The notes under the pieces were generated by a model. The model was not told where the DNA came from, made no database searches, and worked only from the letters and a program-made list of their open reading frames with translations. Shown one piece after another: positions 58,941 to 64,000 of a stretch of DNA of 64,000 nucleotides. Position 1 is the first letter of the stretch, and every line of letters begins with the position of its first letter. The stretch comes from a bacterium (GTDB lineage Bacteria; Hydrothermota; Tepidihabitantia; Tepidihabitantales; Tepidihabitantaceae), in assembly GCA_035505375.1 (NCBI GenBank), contig DATJQV010000081.1, positions 30,596 through 94,595 on the forward strand, in the 5' to 3' direction. The position numbers and the translations under genes are program-made.

Positions 58941-59806
58941 TCCCGGCTCCCGGTCGCGCCCGGCATCTGCGGTGCCGCGTTTGTTCGCCATAACCTGTCT
59001 GCCACGTCGTTGACTTCTCTCTGTCATGGTTGTCTCCTTTGCAGTCTCGAATGGAACGGTGCCTCGATGGCGCCCTTGCCTCCACCGCGCTCGCCATCCG
59101 TCACAACTGTGTCTGCCAATCTGGAATCGACATCCGCTTTAGCTTGCCGCTCCGAAACGCTTCATCAGCATCCTGTCTCGTCGCCGTGAGCTGCAAGCCG
59201 TCAGCCGTTGGCGCTCCCCGTCTCGTCGCGGTCATCGAGTGGCGTACCTGTCACTGGTTCTTCTGCTCCCGCTTGTTACGAGGGGACAGCAAGACCTTGC
59301 GGTCGAGGCGCAAACTCGACCGGACGTCTAACTACGTCAGGTGCGGACGCGCCCATGTCTCGAATAGGATATGTCTCCGTCGACACAAGTCAAGCGGAGA
59401 TGGGAAACTCAGGCTTTCTAGGAACCCCGGAGTCGGCTGGCCGCCCGCGGTCAGGCTCGTGCGTCACTGTTGAAGACGCCACGCGCTGCGGCACGCCGCT
59501 GCCGGTCGATTCCAGCACGCAGAAGCTACGAGGTTAGCGACGCTGGAATACGCGTGCGCGAAACTGGCGAATTCGCCGCGACCAAGAACGGACCTAGGAT
59601 TCCTACTACCAACTGCTCTAGCAGCAGGTCGTGTCTCGAAGATCAGGGTAGGGGTCGCCTGCGTTGACGGACGCCTCCGTAATAACAACCTGCGCGGTAT
59701 CGACGTCCACTTGCTGGGAACGTCGCCCCTGGGCCTTGACCTGGGCAGACTTCAGAATCGCGGTCGGGACTGTGCGGAGAAGTGCAATATCAATCAGGAA
59801 CGGCCG

Positions 59807-60535
59807 TCAGCGGCCGGATTCGAGACGGGAGGCGAGGGATTCGGGTAGACCGGCCGAGTGCATCTTGTCCTGGACCGCCGCGATGTCGTACGTCACGCGA
59901 TATCGCGTCATGCTCGGACCATCACTGTCATACAGCAGCCCGCATGCACGCGGGTCGCCGTCGCGGGGCTGGCCCACGCTGCCGGCGTTGATGAAGTACG
60001 TTGCTCCCGGCCGGAGAGTAAACTCATCCTGCCGCACATGCCGCACCGGTTTTCCGGGCAGGCGCTCAACCACCATCGGCACGTGCGAATGACCGACGAT
60101 GCACACCGGTCCGGGGCAGTATTCCATCTCGCACGCCGCATCGCGCGTGGTGAGAACGTATTTCCACACGTCAGGCGCGGAAGGCGACGCATGGACGATG
60201 AACAGCGAGTCGTTCCGGACAGTAAGCGGAAGGCTGTCGAGATAGAGCCGATTCTCCTCTGAAAGGAGCGGTCGCGTCCACATCACAGCGCTGGCCGCGG
60301 CAGAATTGAAGCGGTCGGTCGATACACTGCCGGTTGCTGCCAGGTCGTGGTTGCCGGCAACACACGTGCAGCCCAGGTTACGAACGACCTCGACGCAGCG
60401 GTTGGGGTCGGGCCCGTACCCGACAATGTCCCCGCAGCATATGAATTGCCTCGCACCGTGCTCCCGAAGCAGCCGTACGACCGCCTCAAGTGCTTCCAGG
60501 TTACCGTGTATGTCCGAAACGATACCGAACTTCAC
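59807..60535 (-). CDS. Metallophosphoesterase (YfcE/MJ0936-like)
   Basis: MKFGIVSDIHGNLEALEAVV...CCGDIVGYGPDP...VAGNHD...VGHSH.... Confidence 0.85.
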   Translation of the reverse strand: MKFGIVSDIHGNLEALEAVVRLLREHGARQFICCGDIVGYGPDPNRCVEVVRNLGCTCVAGNHDLAATGSVSTDRFNSAAASAVMWTRPLLSEENRLYLDSLPLTVRNDSLFIVHASPSAPDVWKYVLTTRDAACEMEYCPGPVCIVGHSHVPMVVERLPGKPVRHVRQDEFTLRPGATYFINAGSVGQPRDGDPRACGLLYDSDGPSMTRYRVTYDIAAVQDKMHSAGLPESLASRLESGR

Positions 60536-60954
60536 GCCTGGTTTCGGGATACCTCGGTTTCTCGGAACACGCTGTCGAGCACCCCGTTTACGAACTTACC
60601 GGCCTCGTCGTCCCCGTACTTCTTGGCAATCTCCACCGCCTCGTTGATGGACACCTTCGGCGGGACATCGTCAAAGTAGAGGATCTCAGCGGCCGCCAGC
60701 CGGAGAATCGCCCGGTCGAGCATGGTCAGCCGTTCTAAGCGCCAGCGCTTGAGGTGCTTACGCAGCACCTGGTCCAGCTCCTGCTGGTTGCCCTGCTCAG
60801 CGTCTACCAAACGGCGCAGATAGGTCTCGGCCTCTTCCGACGGATTCTTGCGCAGGAGGATCTCGGCAATCGTGTGCTCCGGTTCGTCGCCGACCAAGTC
60901 AAGCCTGTACAGCACTTCCAGTGCACACTCCCGGGCAAGTCGTCGATGGGTCAT
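60532..60954 (-). CDS. nusB: Transcription antitermination factor NusB
   Basis: The ATG at 60954 gives MTHRRLARECALEVLYRLD...LERLTMLDRAILRLAAAEILYFDDVPPKVSINEAVEIAKKYGDDEAGKFVNGVLD. 4-nt overlap with the downstream gene. Confidence 0.9.
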   Translation of the reverse strand: MTHRRLARECALEVLYRLDLVGDEPEHTIAEILLRKNPSEEAETYLRRLVDAEQGNQQELDQVLRKHLKRWRLERLTMLDRAILRLAAAEILYFDDVPPKVSINEAVEIAKKYGDDEAGKFVNGVLDSVFRETEVSRNQA

Positions 60955-61165
60955 CGCGAATGGATTTGAGGGTTCAAGGATTATCTTGCACCAGGGCTTC
61001 TTGAGCACAGTGCAATTTATATGCCAAACACGGATACATCTTAACGGTGGCGGATTCCAGCGTGCTTGTGCTGGAATCAGCCGTCGTGCTGTCTCCCCTG
61101 CGCGACGCCAAGCTCACGCTGACCCGATTTGAATCGTCGATCCCCTTCCCACTTGAGTCGTCTGC

Positions 61166-61633
61166 CTAGGTGAGCTTCTGCTTCTCAAGGTCGGCCATCT
61201 CGATAGCCGACAGAGCCGCAGTCCAGCCTTTGTTGCCGGACTTGGCGCCGGCTCGTTCCAGCGCCTGTTCAAGCGTGTCGGCCGTGATGACGCCGAAGGC
61301 CACCGGCACGCCGGTTTCGAGGTACACGTGCGCGATGCCCTTCGCCACCTCCGAGGAGATGTACTCGGCATGCGGCGTGTCCCCGCGAATGACCGCACCC
61401 AGCGCGACCACGGCGTCGCACTTCTTCATAGACGCGACGCGCAGCGCGACCGCCGGAATCTCGAACGCGCCCGATACCCAGAAAATGTCAACCGCCTTGG
61501 CATTGTGCCGTTCCAGGCAATCGAGCGCCCCGGACAGCAACTGCTTTCCCACCAGCTCGTTGAACCGCGACACGACGAGCGCGAACTTACGGCCGGTCGC
61601 GTCGAGCTTGCCCTTAAACTCCCTGGTTTCCAT
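61166..61633 (-). CDS. ribH: 6,7-dimethyl-8-ribityllumazine synthase
   Basis: The ATG at 61633 gives [38 protein letters not shown]...VSGAFEIPAVA...ALGAVIRGDTPHAEY...VAFGVITADTLEQA. Confidence 0.92.
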   Translation of the reverse strand: METREFKGKLDATGRKFALVVSRFNELVGKQLLSGALDCLERHNAKAVDIFWVSGAFEIPAVALRVASMKKCDAVVALGAVIRGDTPHAEYISSEVAKGIAHVYLETGVPVAFGVITADTLEQALERAGAKSGNKGWTAALSAIEMADLEKQKLT

Positions 61634-62855
61634 TCTTGACTCCTTTCTCAATGTCACCGAGCAGGTGACCGAGCCGGTCCCGCTTGGTGACCAAATAGCG
61701 TATGTTCTTGCGGCCGGGCCGGACAACGATGGGGACACGCTCCACGATGTCGAGCCCGAATCCACGCAGGCCGATTATCTTCCGGGGATTGTTGGTCAGC
61801 AGCCGGATGCTCGTCAGGCCGAGGTCGGAGAGTATCTGCGCGCCAATGCCGTAGTCGCGCAGGTCAGGCTCGAACCCAAGCGCGATATTGGCCTGAACCG
61901 TGTCGAGCCCCTGGTCCTGCAGGGCGTACGCCCGCAGCTTGTTCTCGATGCCGATGCCTCTCCCCTCCTGCCGCATGTAGAGCACCACGCCCCGGCCCTC
62001 GCGGGCGACCCGCTTCATCGCCTGTGCCAACTGGGTTCCGCAGTCGCAGCGGAGTGAATGGAACACGTCGCCGGTCAGGCACTGGGAGTGGACGCGGACC
62101 AGCACCCGCTCCTTGCCGCGGACGTCGCCCTTGACCAGAGCGATGTGGGCATAGGGCTCGACCACGTCCTCGTAGACGATAGCCTTGAAGTCGCCAAACT
62201 CGGTCGGCAGCACGGTCTCAACGACCTTGCGCACCAGCTTCTCCTGTTGCCGGCGATAAGCGATGAGGTCCTTGATGGTGACAATCTTCAACCGGAATCG
62301 CTTCGCCAGTCTCTTCAGTGCGGGTAACCGCGCCATCGTGCCGTCGTCGGCCATTATCTCGCAAAGTACGCCGGCCGATTCCAGACCGGCCAGCCGCGCC
62401 AGGTCCACGGTCGCCTCGGTGTGCCCGGCCCGCACCAGTACTCCGCCGTCCTGGGCAATCAGCGGGAAGATGTGCCCGGGACGCGCCAGGTCCAGAGGCT
62501 TCGTCGTGGGGTTCACCAGCGCGCGAACGGTCACGGCCCGGTCATGCGCTGAGATACCGGTCGACGTGCCTTTGGCCGCATCCACCGAGACGGTAAAGGC
62601 GGTGCCGTGCAGGGCAGTGCTGCCCTCGGTCTGCAGAGGAAGGCCGAGTTCCTGACACCGGCTCATGGTCAGGGGAACGCAGATGAGTCCGCGACCATAC
62701 CGGGCCATGAAGTTCACTTTGTCCGCGGTGATCTTGGCGGCGGCACAGACCAGGTCGCCCTCGTTCTCGCGCCCTTCATCGTCGACGACTATCACGAAGC
62801 GCCCGGCCCGCAGGTCGCGCAGTGCTTCAGCAACCGGGGCAAATGCTCGTTTCAT
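61614..62855 (-). CDS. ribBA: Bifunctional 3,4-dihydroxy-2-butanone-4-phosphate synthase / GTP cyclohydrolase II
   Basis: ...[17 protein letters not shown]...[11 protein letters not shown]...[23 protein letters not shown]...[13 protein letters not shown]. Confidence 0.92.
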   Translation of the reverse strand: MKRAFAPVAEALRDLRAGRFVIVVDDEGRENEGDLVCAAAKITADKVNFMARYGRGLICVPLTMSRCQELGLPLQTEGSTALHGTAFTVSVDAAKGTSTGISAHDRAVTVRALVNPTTKPLDLARPGHIFPLIAQDGGVLVRAGHTEATVDLARLAGLESAGVLCEIMADDGTMARLPALKRLAKRFRLKIVTIKDLIAYRRQQEKLVRKVVETVLPTEFGDFKAIVYEDVVEPYAHIALVKGDVRGKERVLVRVHSQCLTGDVFHSLRCDCGTQLAQAMKRVAREGRGVVLYMRQEGRGIGIENKLRAYALQDQGLDTVQANIALGFEPDLRDYGIGAQILSDLGLTSIRLLTNNPRKIIGLRGFGLDIVERVPIVVRPGRKNIRYLVTKRDRLGHLLGDIEKGVKNGNQGV

Positions 62856-63134
62856 ATTAATTGCCTTATCCTCGGCCCGACTCCGCTAAACATAAGCAGT
62901 CAAGATAATAGCTCGTCCGGCCAAGTCAAGCAAATGCGGGCGCGCGCGTGGCCGACTGGGGTCGAACTCAGCTATTGATTTGTCTCGGAAAATCGGTATC
63001 ATAGCCATCCTCTGCGAGAGGCCCGAATTCGTTCGCGGGACATCGGGTTCGAGTCTCCGCAGCGACCAACGGTCTTTCCTAGAAGCCCGTTTAACATTGA
63101 CAGTAGTGATGAATTTGGCATAAGGATAGCTACG

Positions 63135-63569
63135 ATGAAGACTTACGTCGCCAAGAAAGACGACATAAAGAGCGAATGGTATCTGTTCGACGCCGGCGGC
63201 CAGACCCTGGGCCGCCTCGCCACGCAGATTGCCGTCCGCTTGATGGGCAAGCATCGGCCGATCTACACCCCTCACATCGATTCCGGCGACCACGTGGTCG
63301 TGGTCAACGCCGATGGCATCAAGCTGACCGGCAAGAAGCACGACGAGAAGCTCTACTATCGCCACTCGATGTACCCGAACGGCCTGAAGACGTTCACCTA
63401 CGCCCAGGTCATCGAGCGTTTCCCTACCCGGCCGCTGGAGTTGGCCGTGAAGCGGATGCTGCCCAAGAACAAGCTTCAGGCCAAGCGGATAGCACGGCTC
63501 CACGTCTACGCTGGACCCGAGCACCGTCACCAGGCCCAGAAGCTCACACCGGTGAAGACGGAGGAATAG
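63135..63569 (+). CDS. rplM: 50S ribosomal protein L13
   Basis: MKTYVAKKDDIKSEWYLFDAGGQTLGRLATQIAVRLMGKHRPIYTPHIDSGDHVVVVNA.... Confidence 0.95.
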   Translation: MKTYVAKKDDIKSEWYLFDAGGQTLGRLATQIAVRLMGKHRPIYTPHIDSGDHVVVVNADGIKLTGKKHDEKLYYRHSMYPNGLKTFTYAQVIERFPTRPLELAVKRMLPKNKLQAKRIARLHVYAGPEHRHQAQKLTPVKTEE

Positions 63570-63642
63570 TGAATGGAGAATAGAGAATGGTAGAACCTGC
63601 ATTTTACTCTTCACTATTCACAATTCGCTGCTTTTAAGACAC

Positions 63643-64000
63643 ATGGACAAAACCTACTTTGCCACCGGCAGCCGCAAGTCAGCCACGGCCAAGGTCTGGC
63701 TGGTTTCGGGCGGCGCCGACACGGTCGTCAACGGTCAGCCCTTTGAGAAGTACTTCGGCCGAGCCGACCTCGTCAGTGCGGCGATGTCGCCGCTGAAGAC
63801 CACCGGCACTTCCGGCTTCGGGCTCAAGTGCCAATGTTCGGGAGGCGGCCTCTCCGCTCAGGCGGCGGCCGTCGCTCTGGGCGCTGCCCGCGCGCTTGTC
63901 GCCTACAACCCAGACCTGCGCAAGGCCCTGCGCGGCGCCGAGCTGCTCAAGCGCGACCCGCGCGAGAAGGAACGGATGAAGTACGGACTGGCCAAGAGGA
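63643..64000 (+). CDS. rpsI: 30S ribosomal protein S9 (3' end beyond the window)
   Basis: Manual translation from the ATG at 63643: MDKTYFATGSRKSATAKVWLVSGGADTVVNGQPFEKYFG...GGGLSAQAAAVALGAARAL...LKRDPREKERMKYGLAKR. Not in the ORF track because it is open at the window edge. Confidence 0.9.
   Translation, partial: MDKTYFATGSRKSATAKVWLVSGGADTVVNGQPFEKYFGRADLVSAAMSPLKTTGTSGFGLKCQCSGGGLSAQAAAVALGAARALVAYNPDLRKALRGAELLKRDPREKERMKYGLAKR

Noticed and set aside
59560-59625. tRNA suggested by gagcagttggtag on the minus strand.
   Set aside because: The D-stem does not pair (gagc with gtag), and no T-arm or acceptor stem could be drawn.
62856-63134. FMN (RFN) riboswitch upstream of ribBA, and a tRNA-like 3' end (gggttcgagtctccgcagcgacca, about 63045-63068).
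   Set aside because: I could not find the conserved FMN-element strings on the minus strand, and the apparent promoter (TTGCTT-17-TATTAT) leaves only ~50 nt of leader. The tRNA-like string lacks a matching acceptor 5' strand, D-arm or anticodon arm, and its T-stem pairs poorly.

Overview
This is a GC-rich bacterial chromosomal segment. I recognised no rRNA, tRNA, CRISPR array, transposase or integrase.

About 50 protein genes are supportable.
- Housekeeping blocks: hydG plus a TM1266-like regulator; uvrC and rtcB; dtd-yicC-gmk-rpoZ-coaBC-dnaB-radA; scpA and nadA; nusB-ribH-ribBA; rplM-rpsI.
- Secreted proteins: six carry T9SS/FlgD-like C-terminal sorting domains (two S8 peptidases, YVTN and other beta-propeller repeat proteins, a BNR protein). 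This suggests an uncultivated FCB-superphylum-like lineage, which is inference only.
- Accessory stretch at about 30.6-40.1 kb: hicBA, two decayed 5' stubs of an Eco57I-type restriction-modification gene, then a promoter-led cassette. The cassette encodes an AlbA_2/Schlafen-like protein, a membrane-anchored hypothetical, a Hanks kinase with 12 TPRs, and a ClpC/ClpA-like double AAA+ unfoldase. The kinase stop and the clp ATG are 4 nt apart.

The most unusual signals are non-genic.
1. Five arrays of degenerate repeats (19, 34, 65, 23 and 30 units) are held in exact 12-nt phase. They fill the largest ORF-poor gaps. Each has an AT-richer or purine-rich flank on the same relative side. Two are an inverted homologous pair 49 kb apart that differ by a 60-nt (5-unit) indel.
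2. Several families of short dispersed word repeats sit at gene junctions and are often read through as protein tails.
3. One hairpin element has three copies with different but fully complementary inner stems. One of those copies sits in frame inside rtcB. Similar in-frame low-complexity insertions occur in nadA and possibly coaBC.

All calls come from reading the sequence and the ORF track. No database searches were run.
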